Assembly (NCBI RefSeq): GCF_009834535.1 | Contig: NC_045696.1 | Location: 93,994,001 to 94,058,000, forward strand | Length of the DNA: 64,000 bases | DNA from: Camelus ferus | Taxonomy: Eukaryota | Reading direction: 5' to 3' | Shown here: positions 1-10,760 of the stretch, in pieces | Layout of the letters: every line of letters begins with the position of its first letter | How positions within the stretch are numbered: the first letter of the stretch is position 1 | Program-made: the position numbers and the translations under genes | The notes under the pieces: generated by a model | The model's input: the letters and a program-made list of their open reading frames with translations, nothing else | What the model was told of the DNA's origin: nothing | The model's database searches: none

Positions 1-1461
1 ATTTCAAAATCGGTATTTGATCATTGTATCAGTGGACATTTAGACAAGGGCAGACACTATATGGTGTTTTGTGTTTCCTGCTTCTGTGCATTTGCTTATT
101 TCTTTTAAGGCTGGGTTCAACTGACATATTATCCCAAGAAGTCTCTGATCCTGTCAGCACAGAGGAATCTGACAATCTTAAGACACACAGAATAGTCCCT
201 GTTATATTATTTATTAACAGTCAAATTCTCCTTAATTGGCTGCAAACTCAGAGGCAGGATTTGTCTGGTTCACATCTCCCTACCAGGCCAAACATGACGC
301 CTTGGATCATAGATCCTCAAAAAAGGTTTGTTGAATGGGACAACTTTGTTTTCTTTCCCTAACCCTATAATGAGAGATATTATGATGCAATCCTTTTTCT
401 TTCTGGCTCTGATTTTAAGAAGCAACCACAACAAATTTTTCTTTAAACCGCACCATTTAGATGCAGCAGTTCTAGACTGCAGCTTCTGAAACCGAAGCAG
501 GAAGGGACATTATGTATTGCTGTTAGAAATCCACAAATGCTTCGGTTTCAAATACTTTCCATTGCTTTTTTTTTCCTTTTCATCAAATGAAATCTTTCCA
601 TGTTTTAGCTTTCAAAGAGATTAAGCACATTCAATCTAATTATGCAACCCACTGACAAAAGCAATCTAAATATGAAACACTCTGCTGGTTGTATTTCACA
701 GTTGCCATTGGAAACAGACAAGTTTGGAAAACTGCAAAGTCAAGTCTAAGCCTTGGCATTATCGTGCCTCTGAGAGAAGGCATTACCTGGCTCTGCTCCT
801 CCTTCCTTCAGTCTTTGCATGAGTGCTGCGTGTATCCAGTTGGGCTCTGCAAATAACCGAAAACAGCTGCATCAAGATGGGACTACTATATACATATAAA
901 AAAATGGAGAAAAGCTCTAAAAGTTAAACAAACAAACAAACAATAAACAAATAATGCCCAACTTGCCAGGGAGTCTGAGACTTGATACATTCTGAAGATA
1001 GATAAAATGCAATTTATCTGATGTTGGAGAATGTAACAGCTGCCCTGGCATGAAAAAAAATTTCCTAATTCCATACATACTTGGTAGCTCCTCAGGCTCA
1101 CAATTCAACCTTATGTATCATAATTGTTAGCTGTCAATTTTTTTTTACATTTTTTTATTGAGTAATAGTTATTTTACAATGTTGTGTCAAATTCTAGTGC
1201 AGAGCACAATTTTTCAGTCGTACATGAACATATGTATATTCATTGTCACATTTTTTTTCGCAATGAGCTACCACAAGATCTTGTATATTTTTCCCTGTGC
1301 TATACAGTATAATCTTGTTTATCTATTCTGCATTTTAAAATCCCAGTCTGTCCCTTCCCACCCTCCGCCCCCTTGGCAACCACAAGTTTATATTCTATGT
1401 CTATGAGTCTGTTTCTGTTTTGTGTTTCTGTTTTGTTTTTCTGTTTTGTTTTGTTTTGTTT

Positions 1462-1830
1462 TTAGATTCCTCATATAAGTGATCTCATACGGTATTTTTC
1501 TTTCTCTTTCTGGCTTACTTAACTTTGAATGACATTCTCCAGGGATATCCATGTTGCTGCAAATGGCGTTATGTTGTTGGTTTTTGTGGCTGAATAGTAT
1601 TCTGTCGTATAAATATACCACATCTTCTGTACTCAGTCATCTGTTGATGGACATTTAGGCTGTTTCCATGTCTTGCCTATTGTAAACAGTGCTGCTATGA
1701 ACACTGGGGTGCAGATGTCATTTTAAAGTAGGGTTCCTTCTGGATATATGCCCAGGAGTGGGATTCCTGGGTCATATGGTAGGTCTATTCCTAGTCTTTT
1801 GAGGAATCTCCATACTGTTTTCCACAATGG
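1462..1830 (-). pseudogene. L1 ORF2 C-terminal remnant (123 codons, 4 premature stops)
   Basis: Manual translation: [79 protein letters not shown]...[32 protein letters not shown]. Confidence 0.9.
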
Positions 1831-1973
1831 CTTTCTTTGCTTCCCTCTCCCACTCTTAATGATTTAGATGTCTTCTTTTACAATTTTGTGTTTATTCTAT
1901 TTGGAATTCATGGTAGTTATCACCTTTCCAGTTATGAGTTTCTCATTTTTGTAGCATCCTGCTTCTTTTCTAT

Positions 1974-2861
1974 TTAGAGTAGACCTGTGAATATTTCTTT
2001 TAGCATAGGTTTAGTGTTGCTAAACTCTTTTAATTTTTGCTTGTCTGTGAAGTTCTTTCTCTCTCTTTCTATCCTAAAGGATAGTTTTGCTGGATAGAGT
2101 ATCCTAGGCTGCATCTTTTTTTCATTCAGGACTTTGAATATATCTTGCCACTCCCTTCTGGCCTGTAGTGTTTGCGTAGAGAAATCAGCTGAGGGCCTTA
2201 AGGGGGTTCCCTTGTAACTCACTCTTTGTTTTTCTCTTGCTGCCTTTAGGATTATTTCTTTATCCTTGACTTTTGCCATCTTGATTATGATATGTCTTGG
2301 TACGGGTCTGTTTGGGTTCTTCCTGTTTGGGACCCTCTGAGCCTCCTGTACTTGGATATCTGATTCCTTTAGGTTTGGGAAGTTTTCAGTCATGATTTCT
2401 TCAAATACCTTTTCAATCCCCTTTGTTCTTTCTTCCCCTTCTGGAACCCTTACTATGCGTAGATTGGAACGCTTTATATTATCTCATAGGTCCCTTATGT
2501 TGTTTTCATTGTTTTTTATTTGTTTTTCTCTCAGCTGTTCTGATTGGGTGCTTTCTGTTGTCCTGTCTTCTAGGTCACTTATTCGTTCCTCTGCATTATC
2601 TAGCCTGCTTTGTACAGCCTTTAGGTCAGCTCTCATCTCAGCAAATGAGTTTACTAATTCTACTTGGTTCTTTATAGCTTCTATGTCATGTTTGACATTT
2701 TTTATATCTCTAAACACTATTTCTTTTAGTTCCTTCAGTACTTTGATCACTCCTTTTTTGAAATCTTGATCTAGTAGGCCATCAATGTCAATTTCCTTGA
2801 TCGTGCTTTCAGGGGATTTCTCTTGATCTTTTAATTGGGAGTGGTTCCTCTGCTTCTTCAT
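1974..2861 (-). pseudogene. L1 ORF1p (coiled coil, RRM, CTD), 295 codons with one in-frame nonsense (TGG>TGA) at 2484-2486
   Basis: Track ORFs 2484..2861 and 1974..2393 share a frame; read-through gives IRDL*DNIKRSNLRIVRVPEGEERTKGIEKVFEEIMTENFPNL...PRHIIIKM...ILKAAREK...SADFS...ARREWQDIFKVL...PRILYPAKLSF, the canonical mammalian L1 ORF1p motifs. Confidence 0.93.
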
Positions 2862-4211
2862 ATTGCTCTTATCTCTCTGGCACTGTGGCTTAAGGAGTAT
2901 CAGTTATCTAGTTCTCCTGGAGACGCTGTGCTCTTAATGATTTTATCGAGAGGTCGTTGTGTCTTCTCCCTGTTCCACGATCTCAGCTTGCTGTTTCCAG
3001 AGGCCCGCTGTTGGCACTCTCTTCTGTGATGCTCCCAGTGGTTGTCGGCTAGCAGCTCGTGCCCCCTCCTAACACTGGGTCAGGAGCTGAGCTCTTTCCT
3101 GGTGGGCAGGTGGGTCACTCCCCTCCTCCCGATGCCACAGTCAGATGCTGTGCTCTGGGGGAGGCAGGTGGGTGGATCGCACCCCCTCCCAGCACCGTGG
3201 TCAGGTGCTGTGTTCCTGCCAGGAAGGGGGGTGGCTGCCCACCCTCTCCTGGTGCTGGTGGCTCCGCTGCTCTGTGCAGCTACCCACTCCGCCTCAGGTC
3301 AGTGCTCCGTAGGCAGGCTCGGGGAAGACCACAGAACGGCCCCACCCCTGCTCTGTGCCAACTCTCAGCTCCTTGTTTGTCTTCGTGGTGCAAATTCTCT
3401 GGGGTGCCAGGGCAGAAAGATCCTATCTGCCTCGGGCTGTAAACAAGTCTCAGTCCTCCCTAGAGGTTGCAGAGCCCCTGGGTGCAGATTCAGGTCTCGG
3501 CCCCGTCCCAACCCAGATGCTGAGCACAGGAGGAGATGGCGGCTGTGGCTGCACCCCACCTCTCTTCTCGCAAGAAGTGCCAGTAATGGCAGCGCAGGTC
3601 TGAGGAGACAAAGGCTACAGCGCCCCCCACCCAAGGCACACCAGCCATGTTGCTTTTCTTTTTTCACAATTTATGGAGGACCAAGGTTGTTCTGTTCCTT
3701 ATCCTCTCCCAGCCATGGTGCGCAGCCCCCTGCAGTCCCCTGGGGCTGCCTCAGTCCAGCCGCCCCAGTCCTCCGCCTGGCTTGGGTGGCCTGTCCCGGC
3801 CCCAGCTGCTGGCTCGCGTCTCGGGCTGGGTGTCACAGGGACCCTTTGTGCCCGTTTAACTCAGTTCTGTTGGTCAAAGGGTGTTAGGGCAGATCTGAGC
3901 CATGGAGGCTCCCCTTCCATCCCACTGGCCTCTCCGTTGGAGAGGGGAGACCCAGCTAATGAGCACCAGTCCTCCTTTGCCACTCCCTCCCCTTGGGATT
4001 GGTCCCAAAGTGTTTTGCTTTTTCTTCTTTCTTTTTTCCTTTTCTCCTACCAGATTTTTGGCATCTTTGTTTTTTGAAGAGGGCGATGTTCTGTTGGAGT
4101 TCGGCAGGTGCTCTGGTTGGCTGAGTAGGTCCATACATGTGAGTTTTGGTGTATTTGTGGGAGAGGGTGAGCTGTAAGTGTCCTTCTACTCTGCCATCTT
4201 GCTTCTCTCTC
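2862..4211 (-). promoter_or_regulatory. GC-rich L1 5' UTR / internal promoter (~1.35 kb) containing ~60-bp degenerate tandem units
   Basis: Most GC/CpG-rich stretch of the window, directly upstream of the ORF1 ATG; YY1-like CCATCTT at 4194-4200. Confidence 0.75.
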
Positions 4212-5085
4212 AGCTGTCGATTTTGTATTTCACCCTGGTAGTATGTTATATTCAGATACAGAAGAGATGTACTACTTCCAAAACAGATTTCTTAATTATT
4301 TTTATTTACTTTAGATTATCTAATGATAAACAGTACATTTTCTTCCTAAAAATAATTTTGCGTATTATTTTGAATTATAGGCTGGGTTTAGAGGACGGTT
4401 CCAAAACATTTTCAAAGTGGAAAAAAGAGGGCTGGCATCCATGTGGCAACGTTAAGATGCACAAAATTGTTTCCTTGAAATGAGAGCACTCAGCCATGTA
4501 AAGACGGCAGGTTTGACTAGTTCCTTTTTCCTTCAACTCTCCAGCCTCTCCTGGGTGTTATCTGATTGGAAAGTCTTTGCAAGTGACTGACAGGTATGGC
4601 AAACCCCTGCAGAACAGCTCTTTGTAACAGAAACTGAACTCCACGTTAACCTCTCTGTCAGCTCTGAGCACCCTAGCATTAATCTGAGCAGCTTGGCCTG
4701 TTTTCTTGAGCTCCTCCCCTCACAACAGGCATATACCAACATGTGCTGTCAACGAGGTGAGACTCTCCCTGGCCCTGAGTTCCTCTCAATTTCTTCTGGC
4801 CTGGGATGCTGAGGTCCCAGAATGCCTTGAGGCAGAGGACCCACCCAAGGGATGGCTTGAATAGACTTTCTAATTTACACAAATCTTGAAATCATTAAGA
4901 ATTCTGTTTCTACATTCTATTTCATGTTTCAGTCTTGTACTATTAGCCTCCACCCAAGACCTCCCGGCTAGAATCTCAGTGCTTCCCAGCTGTAGGATTA
5001 GCATGACTTCTGTGCATTCATTTATTTACTCACTCATCCAGTTATATCTCCATGCTGTCATTGAACAAATATGTTTGTTGATCAC

Positions 5086-5422
5086 TGCTGTAGACTGAAC
5101 GTTTCTGGGGGTTATGGTGAAACCTAATCCCCAGTGTGGTGGTATTTGGAGGTGGGGCTTTTGGGAGGGCTCTGCCCTCATGAATGGGATTAGTGACCTT
5201 GTAAAAGAGACCCCAGAGAACTCCTCAGCATCTTCTACCATGTGAGGACACAGAGAGAAGACTGCAAGCTGTAAACCAAGTATATGGCTCTCAACAGACG
5301 CCAAATCTGCTGGCACCTTAATCTTGAATTTCTCAGGCTCTGGACTGTGAGAAATGAATGTTTATTGTTTATAAACCACCCAGTCTCTATGGTATTCTGT
5401 TAGAGCAGCCTGAACTAAGACA
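5086..5422 (+). mobile_element. MaLR solo LTR (MLT1A/MLT1A0-like)
   Basis: TG...CA ends; CCTAATCCCCAGTGTGGTGGTATTTGGAGGTGGGG, ATGAATGGGATTAGTG, CTGCTGGCACCTTAATCTTG, GGTATTCTGTTAGAGCAGCCTGAACTAAGACA. Confidence 0.88.
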
Positions 5423-6574
5423 ATCTTGTACCATATTCAGTACTGTGATATAGGGATAAACACACCACTAGGCACAGTACTGTGAATACAGTGATAAGCA
5501 AAAGCAGACACAGTCCTGTTCAAAGGTTCTTATAGTCCCCCGAGGGTAGGGGATAATCACCCCCACCTCCCAATAAATTTAAAATTAGAAATGAGGTATA
5601 TTCTGGGAATCCAAGCTACCAGTGCCTATGAAAGAGCTTATCAAGTTGAAGCAGGGAGGGGTAGGCAGGAAAGCTTTCTTCCAGAAAAATTCCAGCCTGA
5701 GGTGGGTTGGAGTTATGCTGACAAAGGAGTTGGGGGTGGGGAGAGCACTTCACGCAAAGGGAGCCACTCACAAAGCTCCTCTGGTGGGAGGAGGCTCGGC
5801 ACTTCCCAGGAATTGAAATAAGGGCAATTTGACAAGAAAGTGAGAAGAAATAGGGTGGGAGAGGATCTGGAGGAGGTCCTGTAGATCATGATAAAAATTC
5901 TGATTAATAGGCTAAGAGAAATGACTGAAGACTTTAAATCATGACACTGGAATGACCAGACTTATGCTTATTTTTAAAGATCACTTGGCTACTAAGCTGA
6001 AAACAAATAGAGTGGAGGCAGGAGTGAGATGGGTGATGATAGTTCTGGTGCACATGAAGAGCCCAAGATTGTGGTGGTGGTGGATATATAGTGGCGGAGC
6101 GATGTCAGAGATCTTCTAAGGCAAATTTATTGGCATCGTAATGTATTGCATACGGGTGTAAAAGAGAGGATTCTGGGATGGAACTTTCTGACGAGTTAAG
6201 TCACTCACAGAAAAGGGACACTGGAAGAGGGTCTCAATTAGAGGAGAAGATCATGAAGGCAGTTGTGGACATTTTGAGTTGAGCTATTTAACTGGAGCTG
6301 TCCATTTGGCATTTGGGCATTGGGATCTCGGGTTTAGAGTAGTGACCTGGGCTAGAATTATACATCTGTGGATCACTGGTGTGTATATAGGTGCTAATTG
6401 CATCTGTAAGTATGGACTAGCTCTCCTGAGGAGATGCTGTGGAGTGAGAACACAGGAAGACCTAAGACTTAGAACATTCCAACATTTAATGGTCAGACAG
6501 GGAAAGCAAAATTATCAAAGAGATTGCAAAAGGTTGTCAGGCAAATAAGAAAAAAACCAGGAGAGAAGAGTGTG

Positions 6575-6780
6575 CTGGAGGTTCTCCATTTATCTTTCCA
6601 CCCTTCTTTGTGTTGTTCTGTGCCCTGGGGAGCTCATTTCTGAGCCATATCACCCAGGCTCCCTTCCCCTGGCTTGATGCTGTGCTCAGCCAATGAGAGA
6701 AGAAAGAGATCAGATATATTCCTCTCTCTCCTTCCTGTTATGCTGTGATTTTACAGTGGCTTCATTCTTCTAAGATTACT
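6575..6780. mobile_element. ERVL LTR fragment (LTR33-like)
   Basis: TGTGCCCTGGGGAGCT...CACCCAGGCTCCCTTCCCCTGGCTT...GCCAATGAGAG resembles the LTR33 family as recalled. Confidence 0.45.
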
Positions 6781-9700
6781 AGTTTTTATCTTAGAGTGAG
6801 TTGAAAAGTATGTTAAAGGCAAAAGAGAGAGAGAGAGAGAAATGCACTGATGCATTGATGAGTCTTAGGAGACATTCTGTGTGGCCTAAAGCAGAAGAAT
6901 GTAGCCACTGTCAAATCACAGCACAGCAGACTGGGTTTGAGGCAAGCCTACATACAAAACGTCTATTGGGATTTGCCTGTACTCTTGTCTTTACCCTTTT
7001 CTGCATCTCTCATATTACTCTTCAGCTTTTTCCAATCTGTCAACTTACTAACATTTTGCATAAAGGAGAAGAGTCATAGGAATGTAGCTGGAGGTGAATA
7101 TGGGCTCAAAGGAGTGTTCAACAACAAGAACAGCAGCAATCCTTAAGCAGGTCAAGAAATATATTCAAAGCTGCAGGGTCAGCCTTTGGGGGAGATGTGA
7201 ATCAGGTTAGTTGCTATAGGTCTAGTGTCTGGTGAGCAATGGGAGAGCCTTGCACACATACCTGAACAACCTGAAATGTGTTGCTGTTCTCTTCATTACC
7301 ACAACGGCCCAATGTGTATGATCAGGTCCTTGCTTGCTTACCTTGTTTGCCTCTTGGGGTAATAGTGTCTTGATCAAAATAAAGAAGTACGCCCATTTAG
7401 TCCTAATAACCCTAATGGCTGGAATATTCTTAACTTGAAAAGTTTTAGCAGCAAAAAGAGAAATTAATTCAAAATGGCTAAGCCTATATTTTGGAAGGAG
7501 AACTACATAAATTGTTCTGTAGAGTTAATTAAGCATGAATAATTAATTAATCTTGAAATTTATATTCATAGCTTCCTTTTTAAGCCATTGCTAAAACTTT
7601 AGCCAAGTGAAGTAATACATTTATCTCTGATCTTGTTTTCTTTTGGGTTCTCTGTGTTGTTCTGACACATGCCCCCTGTCTTGTGCCTATCTGTGCAATG
7701 AAAGTGATATTCTTGAGTCTGTGCCTGAATTACCAATTATGGAGGGTTTAAAAAAATTATTATTGTTCTGAGTTACTTTAAGTATGGAAACACTTTAACT
7801 ATCTTTAAAGGAAGTGGCTTCTATCCAGGGCTTTCTACTAAATGCCTTCTGCTAATTCTGATTATTTTCTGGGAAATGGCTTTCCTTTTCATGTGGTAGA
7901 ATGTGACTTTTGGACTTTTAAAATACTCTCTACTGCCTCTGTATTCTACCTGCATGTTGCAATGTTATTTTGTGGTGGGAAAATAATTTGCAGTTTGTTT
8001 GAACTGAAAAAGATACCCCATTGGGCAAGAACAATAATGCCATGGTAATTCCTGTCTAAGTCTGTTAAACATCCTTCCTGGATGTCAGAAGGTCAGGAGT
8101 TTAACTATTTTAGAGCCAATATCACGTAGGTTATTTAGATACTAAAATTTAGATATATACAAAGGAGTTTTAACAAGTAAGGGAACAAAAAGGGATTAAA
8201 ACTAAATTAGATTTCAAATTTGAAATATTCCAATTCCAAATTCTTTAGTTCCCTAGGTATTTTATAATTGGGGGATAAAATAGTCGTCATTAATCTTATG
8301 CTGTCAGGGCTTCTTAAGATGGTGAAAGCCAGTGGGCTCATGGCCACTTATACAGAGTGGGAACAAAACAGTCTGTGGATTCGAATCAGAAATTGCCCTC
8401 CTGGCTTAGCACTTCTATTCTTGCTCATCCATGGCCTGAACTCCAGACTCCATTCAGGTGTCTGCTTCCTGACTGCTCTGCATTAGTTGAAACTCCCTAG
8501 ATTCTTCTACCTGTCTACTCAAAACTCTGTCATGTCCCCTCTAATTTGTCACAGTTCCCCATCTGGGTCCTCTGAAACCAATCCCAACCCTTGCCACATT
8601 CTGTATGGCACTAAGGAGACCATATGACATCACGGAAAGGCACTGAGTTTGGGATGTATGGCACAGGGTGCACTGGCACACTAAAACAGATGAATAAGTA
8701 TTATTATTATCATTAATAGGTGACATATATCTCTACTATCCTCACTTATGAACGTAATCCCTATAAGCATAAAGCTCATAGGCAAATTAGCATATGCCAT
8801 TATCTGAAGACGTTCAGCCAAGATTAAAAGATATCAAGTCGAAGACTCAAGATATACTTTCTTTCAATTCATGAAGATGGCCTCATTCTAAGCATCATGG
8901 GTTACAAACATATGTCTGTTCTTAACATTAAGAAGGAAGAAAGTAGATTTTCTTTGAACAGTGTCATAATTGAGCAAATAAAATTTTTTCAGTCATTTAA
9001 AGATTTTGACAAATTGTGGATTTTTTTTCTTTCAAGTCATTTGGGTAATGGGAATGGATTGCAATATAATTATGAATTTAACCTGCAAAATCTTGAAGTT
9101 GACCTTTTTTATAGTTTAAATGAGATTTTTTCATTAGGTTATGGTTAAGTAACAAAATGTAGAAAGTATTAGTATTTGACCAATTTTAATCAACTGAATT
9201 TTCTCAAAACTTTTGTTGTTTAATGGCTTTATATATTTGGAGGCCTTTCCAAGGTGCATACAAGTTAGAATTATTACCTCTTCTTGGTTAATTGGCACTT
9301 TAAAAATTATCAGTCTCCTGTAAAGAAAAAGCAGCCTCAAATACTAGATTCACCTCTCTGGGCTTTCTTCCAATCACGGATCTTAGCCTTTCAATTTCTC
9401 TCTGTCTCATTAGTTATTTGATGTCTCAAAAATATATTTTATATTTAATTTATCTTTTCTAACTGTTCTCAGCAGGTAGATTTGTACAAAATAACTTGGT
9501 TAGTTATTGCTTGATGAGGGAATTAAAAAACGTATTTTATAAAATGGCTCAGACACTGAATCTACAATAAACACACCCATCATTCCAAAATAAATACTGT
9601 AATTTGAGAGGAATATTTAACATGAATTATTTGGTTGTTTGTTTTTATTGAAGTAAGAGTGACTGGTTCAGCGCCAGCTGGATTTATTTTCCAAATACTT

Positions 9701-9944
9701 TTCCAAAGCAAAAAGCAGATGATGATGAATAAAGTAATTTAGAAGAAAAGAGTGATGAAAAGACAAATATTTTCAAATGTTAATGTATTTTCAGGGAGGG
9801 ATTATGTAAAACTACTGAAATACTTTATATTGGTGTGACTGGTGAAATTTTAAAGTAAAAAAAGGAATATGCATTTAAAATTTTCATTTCTACTTAAATT
9901 TCTTCCACTACAAAAGTAAAATAAAAATTTTGTAAATATATATA

Positions 9945-10410
9945 TATATTTATACAATGGAATATCACTCAGCCATAAAAAATAAAATAATGTCATTTGC
10001 AGCAACATGGATGGACATGGAGACTGTCATTCCAAGTGAAGTAAGTCAGCAAGAGAAAGAAAAATAGCAAATATCACTCATATGTGGAATCTAAAAAAAA
10101 AAAAAAAAAAAAAGTGAACTTATTTACAAAACAGAAACTCACAAACATAGAAAACAAACTTATGGCTACCAGAGGGGAAGAGGGTGGGAAGGGATAAATT
10201 GGGAGTTCGAGATTTGCAGATACTAACTATTATATATAAAATAGATAAACAACAAGTTTCTTCTGTATAGCACAGGGAACTATATTCAATATCTTGTAGT
10301 AACCTATAATGAAAAAGTATGAAAAAAATATATATGTATGACTGAAACATTATGCTGCACACCAGAAATTGACACAACATTGTAAACTGACTATACTTCA
10401 CTTAAAGAAT
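9945..10410 (+). mobile_element. 5'-truncated young L1 (ORF2 end + 3' UTR)
   Basis: TATACAATGGAATATCACTCAGCCATAAAA...GCAGCAACATGGATGGAC...GTATAGCACAGGGAACTATATTCAATATC...GACACAACATTGTAAACTGACTATACTTCA. Confidence 0.92.
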
Positions 10411-10419
10411 ACAAGAATA

Positions 10420-10760
10420 CTACATAGGTCAGGTTTTACACTTCTTATTTGATCATATTCAGAGGCAAATATCAAGTGTCCTGTTATTGGTGAAGCTAAG
10501 TTTGATGACCTGCTTAAGGTGATGTCTGCCAGATGTCTCCACTGTAAATACATATTCTTCTTTCTGTAGTTAGTAACAAATTTGTGGGAGTGGTAAGAGA
10601 TTTATGAATATAGTATTCTCCAACAGGATTATAAGCAATGGTTTTAAGGACAATTGATGACCCTTCTTGAATGAATTTATAAATTGTGGGTTATAAAATG
10701 GTAATTTTCTAATTTTATCATTCTTTCTCTCATATTTGTTAGAGAAGATTCTTTTTTGAG
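10420..10760 (-). mobile_element. Old L1 (L1MC-type) 3' fragment
   Basis: TTATTGGTGAAGCTAAGTTTGATGACCTGCTTAAGGTGATGTCTGCCAGATGTCTCCACTGTAAA resembles L1MC4/5 3' UTR. Confidence 0.55.

Larger units (their letters stand above)
1138..4211 (-). mobile_element. Internally deleted LINE-1 (5' UTR + ORF1 + ORF2 C-terminal remnant + 3' UTR + polyA); HAL1-like / spliced L1
   Basis: Minus strand begins GAGAGAAGCAAGATGGCAGAG (L1-type start with AAGATGGC YY1-like motif) at ~4210; L1 ORF1 at 2861-1974; ORF2 C-terminal motifs (DLPYDPGIPLLGIYP, TWKQPKCPS, PFAATW) at 1830-1462; L1 3' UTR; T-rich tail at 1138-1157; TSD AGCTGTC(A/G)ATTT at 1129-1140 and 4212-4223. Confidence 0.93.
5010..7130 (-). mobile_element. 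Degenerate L2 LINE (interrupted by an MLT1A LTR and an LTR33-like fragment)
   Basis: CATTCATTTATTTACTCACTCAT (L2 3' end, minus), then typical L2 3' text (AGCAAAAGCAGACACAGTCCTG...) and purine-rich L2 body. Boundaries approximate. Confidence 0.65.

Noticed and set aside
24..362. 112-aa ORF with hydrophobic N-terminus
   Set aside because: TTG start, no recognisable family or exon structure; likely a chance ORF.
1158..1621. ORFs 1158..1406 and 1388..1621, with similar peptides at 10120..10401, 43072..43293 and 49068..49601, resembling a gene family
   Set aside because: All are alternative-frame translations of L1 ORF2-end/3' UTR copies.
2392..2769. 125-aa plus-strand ORF
   Set aside because: Antisense shadow of L1 ORF1.
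3060..3262. Periodic units as a CRISPR-like array
   Set aside because: Degenerate tandem units with no repeat-spacer structure, inside a mammalian L1.
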